Of a stretch of 64,000 bases of DNA, positions 1 through 12,009 are shown in pieces. Source of the stretch: Eledone cirrhosa (lineage: Eukaryota). The notes under the pieces were generated by a model. That model made no database searches. It was given only the letters and a program-made list of their open reading frames with translations, and was not told where the DNA came from. Every line of letters begins with the position of its first letter. The stretch's first letter is position 1. The stretch covers positions 11,408,001-11,472,000 of the forward strand of contig OZ024743.1 in assembly GCA_964016885.1 (NCBI GenBank), in the 5' to 3' direction. The position numbers and the translations under genes were made by a program.

Positions 1-1060
1 AATTGCTGATGCGGATTGCTGAAGCCAAAGCCAAGCTAACGCTGACGCAAATGTTGAGGCAGTATTGCCAGGCGCTGACGTGTATGCTGACGCTAATGCA
101 AATGCTGATGCGGACGCTAGGGCTAAGGCTAACGCTAACGCTGACGCAAATGCTGAAGTTAACGCTTACATGGGATATGCAGACGCTGCAATGATGCGGA
201 CGCCACAGGAAAGGTTAATGGAAACGCTAATGCTAACGGAAAACGCTGACGTACACGTTACGGAAACGCTGACGTAGAAGCTAACGTAAATGCTGACACA
301 GACGCTAACGTAAACGCTGACACAGACGCTAAGGTATACAATGACGTTAACTGAAACGCTGACGCTGATGTAGATGTAAATACTGACGCTGACACAGACA
401 CGGTCGGAAACGCTGACGTAGAAGCTGACGAGATGCTGATGTAGAAGCTAACGGAAATGCTGACGTAGAAGCTAACGGAAATGCTGACGTAGAAGCTAAC
501 GGAAATGCTGACAAAGACGTTAAAGGAAACGCTGTCGCAAACGCTAACGCTAATGTGAATGCTGATGCAGATGCTGACGCAAATGCTAACCCCTACACAA
601 ATGCTAACACTGACTCAAACACTAATGCAAATGCTGACGTGCACGCTGATGCAAACGCTGACACTGAGGGAAATGCTGACACTGACACAAGTGCTGACGC
701 GGACGCTAATGATAATGCTAACTCAGAAGCTGACGTAGACGCAGGCACTGAAACAAACACTAATGTTGACTCAGACGCTAAGGGAAATGCTGACACAATC
801 ACTATCACCAATGCAGACGCTGACGCAAATGCTGACATAGATGCTGACACTTACGCAAACACTAACGCAGATGCTAACACCAGTCCACATAGACACTAAC
901 ACAAAAGCTTACATAGACGCTTATGCAAATGCTAACGCTGATGCAGACAGTAACGCAAACAGTAACTGTAAGAGTAACAGTTACAGTAACACTGGCAGTG
1001 ACAGTAATGCTAACAGTAACACAGTCACTAACAATAAACTTACACTAACATTAATCCAGA
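1..1060. repeat. Degenerate hexamer tandem repeat (GCTGAC/GCTAAC/ACTAAC/AGTAAC)
   Basis: 6-bp periodicity throughout; the Ala-Asp/Asn reading is broken by frame changes (~430) and a stop (~352). Confidence 0.85.
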
Positions 1061-1139
1061 GAAAAAAGTCATTTGCAATCACATTTAAGGTCACTCTTTA
1101 AGATATAGAAGATAGGCATTACATTTTAATGATTTTAAT

Positions 1140-4100
1140 TTAAAGAGAATCACGCTATACGATGCAACACAATAACACACCACACTAACCTACACTACAC
1201 CAAACCAGATTATACCATACCTTGGTAAATTTATGATTGGTTTCCATGTTATAACTACACCAAACGAAACCATACCAAACTACATCAAACCAAACCACAC
1301 CAAACCAAACCACACCATAACAAACTACACCATACTACATCACATCATGCTATTAATCTCAGTGAGAACATTTTTCTTCCTGTTTTTTTTTTCTGTGTGT
1401 GTGTGTGTTTACCATCCAATCTGATATCAAAGGTGCTCACAAATGACTATTTTTTTACACATTATCAATGTATATAACATAGAAACCTAACATTTGCAAT
1501 AGGTTCCCATGTCATAACTACAACAATCCAAACCACACCATAACAAACTACACCATTCTACATCACACCATGCTTTTGATCTCAGTGTGAAAAATTTTCT
1601 TCCTGTTTCTTTTTTTTTTTTTGTGTTCTTATCACCCAATCTGACATCAAAAGTGCTGCAATTGACTATTTTTCGCACATATTATCAATAATTATGACAT
1701 GGAAAACTGTCGAAAATGACTAGCTTTGAGAAAGAAGAGGGAGGATGTGGGTGGAAATACCATTTACAAAGCTAGTCATTTTTTATTGCAGCGGAAGTCA
1801 TATTTTTTGTTAATATGCTAAAAGCATAGTCCACTGCGAGCATCTTGGAAGTTGTATTAGTTGATAGCACATGCAAAAGTGAAGGGAAACATTTTTTTCT
1901 TACATAAATCAAAGTGGAAATTTAATTCCTTACTTATAACAAAGCACACCAAACCACATTAATCTACCCCAAACCACACCATATCAAACAGCACCATATT
2001 ATGGTAAATTTATTACAGAACACCTACTATCATTTACATCACACCATGGTATCAATGTGACAAATTTGCTACCTGCTTTTTTTTTTTTTTTTTTATGGTT
2101 ACCACCCAAACTAACATCAAAGGTGCTTGCAAATGACTATTTTCCCACATTATCAATGAATATGACATGGGAATCTATCGTTTACAATTGGTTTCCATTT
2201 CATAACTTCACCAAACCAAACCATACCAAGTTACACCATACTACATCACACCAAGCTATTGATCTTGGTGTGAAACATTTTCTTTCCGTTTCCTTTTTTT
2301 TTTGTGTGTGTGCTTACCACCCAATCTTACATGAAAGGTGCTCTCAATTGACTATTTTTTTTCCACTTATCAATAATTATGACATGGAAACCTGTCGAAA
2401 ATTACTATCTTTGTAGAAACTTCACCAAACCACACCATACTACATCACACCAAGCTATTGATTTTGGTGATAAATTTTCATCTGGCATTTTTTTTTTTTT
2501 TTTTTTTTTATGGTGCTTAACACCCAATTTGACATAAAAGGTGCTCGCAAATTACTATTTTATGCAGATATTATCAATGGTTATGACATGAAAACCTGAT
2601 GAAAATGACTAGCTTTGTAGAAAAAAGAGGGAGGATGTGGGTGGAAATACCATTTACAAAGCTAGTCATTTTTTTATTGCAGCGGAGGTCATATTTTTTG
2701 TTAATATGCTAAAAGCATAATCCACTGCGAGCATCTTGGAAGTTGATAGCACATGCAAAAATGAAGGAAAAATTTTTTTTCTAACATATATCAAAATGGA
2801 AATTTAAATCCTCACTTATAACAAAGCACACCAGAGCACATTAATCTACCCCAATCCACACCATATACTTCACCATAACCATACTTCACTATATGGTAAA
2901 TTTATTACAGAACATCTGCTCCTACCATTTACATCACACCATAGTATGGAGATCAATGTGACACATTTACTACCTGCTTTTTTTTTTTTTTTTTTTTTTT
3001 TTTTGTGGTTACCACCTCAAACTAACATCAAAGGTGCTTGCAAATAACTATTTTCCCACACATTATCAATGAATATGACATGAGAATCTATCGTTTACAA
3101 TTGGTTTCCATTTCATAACTTCACCAAACCAAACCAAACCATACCAAGTTACACCATACTACATCACACCAAGCTATTGATCTTGGTGTGAAACATTTTC
3201 TTCCTGTTTCCTTTTTTTTTTTCTGTGTGCTTACTACCCAATCTGACATTAAAGGTGCTTCCAATTGACTATTTTTTTCCCACTTATCAATAATTATGAC
3301 ATGGAAACGTGTTGTAAATTACTATCTTTGTAGAAACTTCAAACCACACCATACTATTGATTTTGGTGTGACAAATTTTGATCTGGCAATATTTTTTTTT
3401 TTTTGTTTTTTTGTGCTTACCACCCAATTTGACATAAATGATGCTCGTAAATAACTATTTCATGCACATATTATCAATGATTATGACATGGAAACCTGAT
3501 GAAAATGACTAGCTTTGTAGAAAAAAGAGGGAGGATGTGGGTGGAAATACCATTTACAAAGCTAGCCATTTTTTATTGCAGCGGAAGTCATATTTTTTGT
3601 TAATATGCTAAAAGCATAGTGTACTGCGAGCTTCTTGTAAGTTGATAGCACATGCAAAAATGAAGGAAAAATTTTTTTTTTAACAAATCAAAGTGGAAAT
3701 TTAAATCCTCACTTATAACAAAGCACACCACAGCACATTAATCTACCCCAAACCACACCATATCAAACAGAACCATATTATGTTAAATTTATTACAGAAC
3801 ACCTACTCCTACCATTTACATCACACCATGGAATGGAGATCAATGTGACAAATTTGCTACCTGCTTTTTTTTTTTTTTTTTGTGGTTACCACCTCAAACT
3901 AACATCAAAGGTGCTTGCAAATGACTATTTTCCCACACATTATCAATGAATATGACATGGGAATCTATCGTTTACAATTGGTTTCCATTTCATAGCTACA
4001 ACAATCTAAACTACACCATAACAAACTACACCATGCTTTTGATCTCAGTGTGAAAAATTTTCTTCCTGTTTCTTTTTTTTTTTTTTCTGTGTGCTTACCA

Positions 4101-5830
4101 CCCAATCTGACATTAAAGGTGCTCCCAATTTACTTTTTTTTTTTACATATCAATAATTATGACATGGAAACCTGTCGAAAATGACTATCTTTGTAGAAAC
4201 TTCACCATACTACATCACACCAAGATATTGATTTTGGTGTGACAAATTTTCATCTGGCATTTCTTTTTTTTTTTTTTTTTTTTGTGCTTACCACACAATT
4301 TGACATAAAAGGTGCTCGCAAATTACTATTTTATGCACATATTATCAATGGTTATGACATGGAAATCTGATGAAAATGACTAGCTTTGTAGAAAAAAGAG
4401 GGAGGATGTGGGTGGAAATACCATTTACAAAGCTAGTCATTTTTTATTGCAGCGGAAGTCATATTTTTTGTTAATATGCTAAAAGCATAGTGTACTGCGA
4501 GCATCTTGGAAGTTGATAGCACATGCAAAAATGAAGGAAAACATTTTTTTTCTAACATAAATCAAAGTGGAAATTTAAATCCTCACTTATAACAAAGCAC
4601 GCCACAGCACATTAATCTACCCCAATCCACACCATATACTTCACCATAACCATACTTCACTATATGGTAAATTTATTACAGAACACTTACTCTTACCATT
4701 TACATCACACCATGGTATGGAGATCAATGTGACAAATTTGCTACCTGCTTTTTTTTTTTTTTTTTTTTTTTTGTGGTTACCACCTCAAACTAACATCAAA
4801 GGTGCTTGCAAATGACTATTTTCCCACACATTATCAATGAATATGACATGGGAATCTATCGTTTACAATTGGTTTCCATTTCATAACTTCACCAAACCAA
4901 ACCACACCATACCAAGTTTCACCATACTACATCACACCAAGCTATTGATCTTGGTGTGAAACATTTTCTTCCCGGTCCCTTTTTTTTTTTTTTTGCTGTG
5001 TGCTTACCACCCAATCTGACATTAAAGGTGCTCCCAATTTACTTTTTTTTTTCACATCTCAATAATTATGACATGGAAACCTGTCGAAAATGACTATCTT
5101 TGTAGAAACTTCACCAAACCACACCATATTACATCACACCAACTATTGATTTTGGTGTGACAAATTTTCATCTGGCATTTTTTTTTTTTTTTTTTTTTTC
5201 GTGCTTACAACACAATTTGACATAAAAGGTGCTCGCAAATTACTATTTTATGCACATATTATCAATGGTTATGACATGGAAACCTGATGAAAATGACTAG
5301 CTTTGTAGAAAAAAGGAGGATGTGGGTGGAAATATCATTTACAAAGCTAGTCATTTTTTATTGCAGTGGAAGTCATATTTTTTGTTAATATGCTAAAAGC
5401 ATAGTCCACTGCGAGCATCTTGGAAGTTGATAGCACATGCAAAAATGAAGGAAAAATTTTTTTTCTAACATAAATCAAAGTGGAAATTTAAATCCTCACT
5501 TATAACAAAGCACACCAGAGCACATTAATCTACCCCAATCCACACCATATACTTCACCATATGGTAAATTTATTACAGAACACCTACTCCTACCATTTAC
5601 ATCACACCAATGCTTGCAGTTAACCATTTTTTTCACATATTATGAATGAATATAAATTTGAAACTTATCGTCAATGATTAGCTGTGTAGAAAAATGAAGG
5701 CAGAAAGTGGGTGGAAAAACCATTCACAAAGCTAGTCATTTTTAATTGCAGTGGAAATCATATTTGTTGTTAATATGCTAAAAAAAATAGTCAATTACAA
5801 GCATTTTGGAGGTCAGATTAGTTGATAGGA
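1140..5830. repeat. Higher-order satellite, ~870-915-bp unit x ~5, built of ~200-bp monomers including one inverted monomer
   Basis: Marker GAGGATGTGGGTGGAAATA at 1741, 2631, 3531, 4402, 5316; monomer motif AAGGTGCT..ACTATTTT..TATCAAT..TATGACATGG recurs within each unit. Confidence 0.9.
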
Positions 5831-5956
5831 CAAAGGAAAACAAATATTGTCTATATGTTCCTGTGGAAAGTCGGGTCTTCTGTATTACTGTGTGACGCCA
5901 GAGGTCATGGTCGTGTGTCATTGCCCTTGAGAGGTGCAATTGGGAAAGGTCGGCTT

Positions 5957-6530
5957 AGAAATATTTACTTCTGCATTCTCAGATTGAATTTTTTTAGTTT
6001 CAGAAGATCCCATTAAGGGTGAATGCAGTCGATTCTTTGCTTAAACTTTAATCTGTTATTTTAATAAATATTTGCTCTACGGTTCTTATATATTTGATAT
6101 ATATTTATCCTTATCGAGCCCTCTTTGGATGTTAGTCTTCAAATTTATTATTATTACTATTTGGCTCCCTTGATTGAGTACTCTATTGACTTATATTCAT
6201 CATGCAGAAACATCTGAATATTTCTACAAAGAACATACTCGTACCAAGCAGGAAGAGATATCTAAAACTACATCTCCACGAACCAAAGTATCGCCTTCCT
6301 GTCTTCCTTCGGTTGCAACGTTTTTCGAAATATTTACTTCTGTATTCACAGATTGATTTTTCTTTCTTTTTTTTTTCAGAAGATCCCATTAAGGGTGAAA
6401 GCAGCTGATTCTTTGCTTAAACTTTAATCTGTTATTTTAATAAAAATTTGCTCTGCGGTTCTTATATAATTGATATATATTTATCCCTATCGAGCCCTCT
6501 TTGGATTTTAATCTTCATATGTATTATTAT

Positions 6531-6535
<5 letters not shown>
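5957..6535. repeat. ~370-bp tandem duplication (about 1.6 copies)
   Basis: GAAATATTTACTTCTG..CAGATTGA..CAGAAGATCCCATTAAGGGTGAA.. present at ~5957 and ~6327. Confidence 0.8.
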
Positions 6536-6584
<49 letters not shown>

Positions 6585-6654
6585 TGTGTGTGTATATATT
6601 AGTTTATATATATATATGTGTGTGTATATAGATATATACACACATACATATTGA

Positions 6655-6962
6655 GAGCATTGGCCTTGCAATCAAAAGGTTGTGAGTTCAATTCTCACAC
6701 CAGGTGATGTGTTGTTTCCTTGAGCAAGACACTTTATTTCACATTGCTCTAGTTTACTCAGCTGTAGAAATGAGATGATAGGCCTAGGGTCCCTATCATT
6801 CCACTGCAAAGTGGTCGTGGAGGTGCCACAGGAAAAAAGCACCCAGCACTCACTGTAAATGAGGTTGGTGTTAGGAAGGGCATCCAGCTGTAGAAATCAA
6901 GCCAGAATCAGTTCCCGTCCCACCCTTGCAAGCAGGGAAAAAGTGGATATGAAATGATGATG
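6655..6962 (+). mobile_element. tRNA-derived SINE (CORE-like; resembles octopus OR-type SINEs)
   Basis: B-box-like GAGTTCAATTCTC, CORE-like TCCTTGAGCAAGACACTT, (ATG)n tail; near-identical to 12622-12958. Confidence 0.75.
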
Positions 6963-6964
6963 AA

Positions 6965-7290
6965 TGCTCCCAGCTGTGGTCACCCCATAGTATCAAACTA
7001 ACCATGGAGCTTGAAGCAATCCAATGAAGCTACACCAAGAAGGTTGCCACGATGAAGGAGATAAACTACTGGGAGAGTCTAAAAGAACTGAAACTTTACT
7101 CCTCGGAATGAAGACTGGAGAGATATGCAATGATATACATATGGAAAATCCTGGGGGGACTAAGACCAAACTTTCGCATTGAGAGCTGGACCAATTCTCG
7201 AACAGGACGTCACTGTGTGGTACCAAAGGTCCCGTCTTCCACATCTAGAATCAGGAGCAGCTAATAGCCTGGGGTTCAAAGGCCCTCAAC
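6965..7290 (+). mobile_element. CR1-group LINE 3' ORF2 remnant
   Basis: Translates to YWESLKELKLYS..ERYAMIYIWKIL; homologous to 10539-11115. Confidence 0.7.
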
Positions 7291-7369
7291 TTGGTTTTCA
7301 AAATTTAAATTTGTGTTTCCTATTCATCAATGCTTCAAGCAAGCTATAAAACTCTGTTATATTTCATCA

Positions 7370-7787
7370 TCATTTTATGTCAGTTCTTCTACGCTAGCAT
7401 GGGTTGTCCTGTTGTCGGCAGTGTCTGGTCGGCTGACCTTGTCTTGCTCATACGGGAACTGATTCTGTCTTGATTTCTACAGCTGGATGCCCTTCCTAAC
7501 ACCAACCTCATTTACAGTGAGTGCTGGGTGCTTTTTTCCTGTGGCACCTCCACATCCACTTTGCAGTGTGGGCTGGGTGCTTTTTTTCCGTGGCACCTCC
7601 ACGACCACTTTGCTGTGGAATGATAGGGACCCCAGTCCTATCATCTCATTTCTACAGCTGAGTAAACTGGAGCAATGTGAAATAAAGTGTCTTGCTCAAG
7701 GAAACAACACATCACCCGGTCCGAGAATTAAACTCACAACCTTTCAATTGCAAGCCCAATGCTCTAACCACTGAGCCATGTGCCTTC
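7370..7787 (-). mobile_element. SINE, same family as 6655/12622, reverse strand
   Basis: Reverse complement of the 12622-12958 element. Confidence 0.75.
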
Positions 7788-8178
7788 TATTGTTGGCAAT
7801 GTTAGGTCAGGTGACCATGTCTTGCTCATAAAGAACTGATTTTGGCTTGGTTTCTACAGCTGGATGCCCTTCCTAATGCCAAGCTCTTTACAGTGAGTAT
7901 TGGGTGTTTTTTGTTGTGATTCCTCCACGACTACTTTACAATGTGGACTGGGTGTTTTTTACGTGTCACCATCACGACCACTTTACAGTGTTTCGGCCTG
8001 TTCTCATGAAAGATATATTGGTGGGTGGGATGGAGTGGTGCATACTGTATGTATGTTTCAGCCTTGGCCAGGGCCTGTGGGAAGTTGGGGTTTCTGTATT
8101 ACCTCATAACGCCAGAGATCTTGGTCCTGTGTCATTGCCTTTCAGAGGTGCAATTGGGCAAGGTCGGCTTTTATCACT

Positions 8179-8770
8179 TCATCTCAAGTCTTTCTGGGAC
8201 TTTATGTAGCTGTCATCCTTCATATGAATCACATGTCCATACCAACATAATCTCCTCTCCTGCACACAACATTTGATTCCTCTTATGCCTAGTTTCTCTT
8301 TCAATTTGTTTATGCTTTGCTGTTCGCGTATATTACTATTACACATCCATCGGAGCATACAAGCTTCATTCCATTCTAATCTACGCAAGTCTTCTATACA
8401 CAGCGCCCAGCTCTCACTACCATGCAACATTGCCGCGTTCATATGCACACATGATACAGTCTACCTTTTATTCTGAGGGAAAAGCCTTTTGTATCCAGCT
8501 GTGGCAGTAGCTCCCTCAACTTCTTCCATCCCGTTCTTTCAGAACATCCCCCTCCGCTGCTAATTCGGTATTGTTTTTACTAAGCCCTCCCAGACTTTGA
8601 TGTCACTTGTTTTCAGTGATTGTTTGCTGCTTACTGTCTTGGTGCAACTGCTACATGTAAAGCCTACATTCTTAACTAAACTTCCTGAGATCCCACTACA
8701 TCTCTTGTGTACCCATAGTTTGCATATGGGACAGAGGATGGAGTTTCTACCTACACCTCTCCTACATAAT
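8179..8770 (-). mobile_element. RTE-clade LINE remnant including a PHD-like Cys/His motif
   Basis: MLHGSESWAL..LRWMC..RRLCWYGHV (RTE RT C-terminal motifs) and CSLC..CPIC..VHKRC..CSSC. Confidence 0.7.
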
Positions 8771-8817
8771 GAGCACACACACACATATATATATACACAC
8801 ACTCACATATATATATA

Positions 8818-9790
8818 TACTAGCCGAATTACCAGCGCCTAGCTGCGTTTCACACATTTTTTTTGTAAGAAAATGATGATTGATTTTAAATCAGTGATAT
8901 AATTTATGGAGAAAAACTCATTGTAAAATATAATGCATGAAAAATTGGAAAACATCATTTTTTGTAATATATCAAATCAAAATTGCATTATTAAATCTTA
9001 TTCTTATTTTGTTTCTTGTAAATAATTTTTTTCAAAATATCAATTGAAAACTTTTGTGAATAGGCATCATATCTTGTCATTTACCTATGGTTTGTTTCAT
9101 ATAAATCGAAAGGGAAAAGTTTTCATCGGGGGTTTGTACCCCCAGGGAACCCTAATAGGGGGTTTAACCACCATTATGGTGTCTTATAGTATTGAAATTT
9201 TGTGAATAGGCATCAGATCTGTTAATTTGTCTATGGTTTAAATTGCATATAAATCGAACCTAAAAAATTTTCAGCGGGGATTTTGTGCCCCCTGGTGAAC
9301 CCTAATAGGGGGTTTAACCTCCATTAGGATATTGTAATTTTATTGAAATTTGCTGAAATGATGTGAATAGGCATCATATCTTGTCGTTTACATTGGTTTA
9401 AATTGCATATAAATCGAAGGGAAAACATTTTCAGCAGGGATTTGTGCCACCGGTGAACCCTAATAGGGGGTTTAACCCCCATTTGGGTATTTTAATTTTA
9501 TTGAAATTTGCTGAAATTTTGTGAACAGGCATCATATCTTGTCATTTAACTATGGTTTAAATTTCATATAAATCAAAGGTAAAGTTTCAGCGGCGGTTTT
9601 GTGCCCCCGATGAACCCTTTGATTAAAATGAAATATACTTATACAAGTACCCTGGGCAATGTAGTTTCAGAATACATATGGTTATGGGGGTCTATCTCCA
9701 AAACCATAGGAGGGGTTCGTAAAATCTTGTTCCATTTATTGGCAAAACTTTTCACAAATAGGGGGTCTTAATATTATTGAAATTCACACG
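8818..9790 (+). mobile_element. Helitron/Helentron-like non-autonomous element with ~150-160-bp internal tandem repeat (x4)
   Basis: Starts TACTAG after (TA)n; CCCTAATAGGGGGTTTAACC at ~9150, 9300, 9458. The repeat is directly visible; the Helitron assignment is inference. Confidence 0.4.
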
Positions 9791-10178
9791 CACGCACACT
9801 GTGTGTGTGTGTGTGTGGGCATCTCTAACAAAATACACCCACGTCACACCGGCCCCTTCTATGTAAAGTTATGTTGGTACCACACCATCCAGACCGAAAC
9901 AAATGAGATCGTGTAGGTGTCACGACAAAAAAAACAGTCCACGCTGTAATGTGGCCGTGTAGGCAACACGGTAAAAGCCTCCCAGACCCACACTGTAAAT
10001 GTGGTTGGTGTTAGGAAGGGCATCCAACTGTAGAAAACCTGCCAGACAGTCCTATGCGAGCAAGACAATCACTCTTGCCTCAAGTGGGAAAACCCCCGTC
10101 CAAACCCATGCAGGCGTGGAACACGGACGTTAAACGTTGATGATGATGACACACACACAAACACACATACAAACACAA

Positions 10179-10209
<31 letters not shown>

Positions 10210-10229
10210 CACAAACACACACATTTATA

Positions 10230-10460
10230 TCTTTTAGCAGAGCATTTTAATATTGCCACTCAATGAAAACCCTTTGTTTGGAATAAATGAATCTTGAAAA
10301 TTAGGAGTGCCTGTCAGTGTGTATGTTTGTCTACTTAGCATCAATTTACTACCCTCCCCTACCACCAGAAAATACCACCATATTACATTGACAGTCGGCT
10401 TTTCTGATGATTTCCTCTGAATGAAACAGTTCTAGTCCTGTTGAAGCCATTTCTATATTA
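10230..10460 (+). mobile_element. Penelope-like element 3' remnant
   Basis: Degenerate AEHFN and KTL..FGINE GIY-YIG C-terminal motifs followed by a hammerhead-like motif. Confidence 0.4.
10397..10448 (+). ncRNA. Minimal/degenerate type I hammerhead ribozyme
   Basis: CTGATGA(10404)-tttc ctct gaat-GAAAC(10423)-agttcta-GTC(10435); stem I GGCTTT/GAAGCC with a bulge. Confidence 0.45.
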
Positions 10461-10538
10461 AATATATATATATACTCTTTTAGCTGTTCCAGCCATCTGG
10501 CTGAGACCATGATTGGGCAGTCCTTGTTGCTACACATT

Positions 10539-11115
10539 CTATCTCCAGCCTGTGTTGGCTTGCCATTGATGTAAGAGGGAGTTCGTTGCTGCTGCCCTTA
10601 GGTTACCTTCGTACCATGATGTGGGCTCATCCGGGATCCTGGATAACAGGGTGTCGAGAAGTTTCTTGAAAATATCCACGACCACACCATGTAGATCTCT
10701 CAAATCCCTTGGCAGTTTGTTGAAGAGTTGAGGGCCTTTGAACCCCAGTCTATTGCAATATCTGCTTCTTGTTCTAGATGTGGAAGACGGGACCTTTGTC
10801 ACCACACAGTGACGTCCTGTTCGGGGGTTGGTCCCGCTCTCAATACTAAAGTTTGGCACTAGTCCCTCCAGGATTTTCCATATGTATATCACTGCGTATC
10901 TCTCCCGTCTTCGTTCCAAGGAGTAGTTTCAGTTCTTTTAGCCTCTCCCAGTAGCTCATCTCCTTCATCGTGCAATCCTCTTGGTGTAGCTTCATTGGAT
11001 TGTCTCAAGTTCCATGGTTAGTTTGATACTATGGGGTGACCACAGCTGGGAGCAATAGTCCAGGCGGCTTAGGACAAATGGCCTTCATAGTATCAACATG
11101 GTCTCCCGGTCTCTT
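10539..11115 (-). mobile_element. CR1-group LINE 3' ORF2 remnant
   Basis: ERRRERYAVIYIWKILEGLVPN..GPQLFNKLPRDLR..FKKLLDTLL. Confidence 0.75.
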
Positions 11116-12009
11116 ATATAGAAAACCTCATAAAAAGTCAAGATTTGTTTCGATTTAACAGAGCAGAAAGAATTCGCGTCAGAATATTCCAACCAATCCA
11201 GCCTATATCAGCTGAATAAATATGTATATGGAGATATATATATATACACACCCACATGCACATATATATATATATATATATACATGCACGCGCACACACG
11301 TATATATACACACACACATACACGCATGCATGCATACATGATGGCTTCCCCCTCATTATCGAGTATGACCATTGCACGATAAACCATTATTAATAATTAT
11401 TAATTAATTCTATCGTGCAATGCCTGTGCGTGAAGATATTTTTTAAAGTGAAGAAAGACTGCACTGAGCCAATCCCACTCTCTGAGCGACAGTAGCTATA
11501 ACTCGAAAAGAAGAAAATATCAACATCATCGGTAACTACTGCGCCGCAGGTTTTATATCGGAGTTATCCCAGTTTCCTGAGTTGCCTTCTCCTAGAAGAA
11601 TGCCCTGACAAAGGCTAGGGGTCCTTCACTCCCAGTGGTTTAACCGCGCGATCGGGTATCCAGCCCGATTATTTCTATGTCCCCGCGCATGTACATACAC
11701 ATGCACCCATGTATATATACATATACATACATACATATGTTCATACATATTTACACACTTTTGGATGGCCGTTGACTTATGAGATCTTCCGCCCTTTTGT
11801 CAAGTTTTGTATTTTGTCCAAATTCACCCTCCTCACCAAGTAAACTTGGTGGGGCTGCCGGTTTAGTCGCCGACGACCCAACCATGCAACAGATTGTACT
11901 GGGTTACATGTTACCAATAGCACTCAAGAGTGACCTGACATACATACATACATACTACATGATGGCTGCAAACTCGTGTTCAAGTATTGCCATCGCCCAA
12001 TAAAATGTT

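Noticed and set aside
555-899. Ala/Asp/Asn-rich ORF as a real gene
   Set aside because: Product of the hexamer repeat; flanking frameshifts and a stop; no ATG start.
6370-6415. Hammerhead-like CAGAAGA-tccc attaa gggt-GAAA (also at ~6001)
   Set aside because: The core reads CAGAAGA rather than CUGANGA in both copies and stem I is missing; at best a dead relic.
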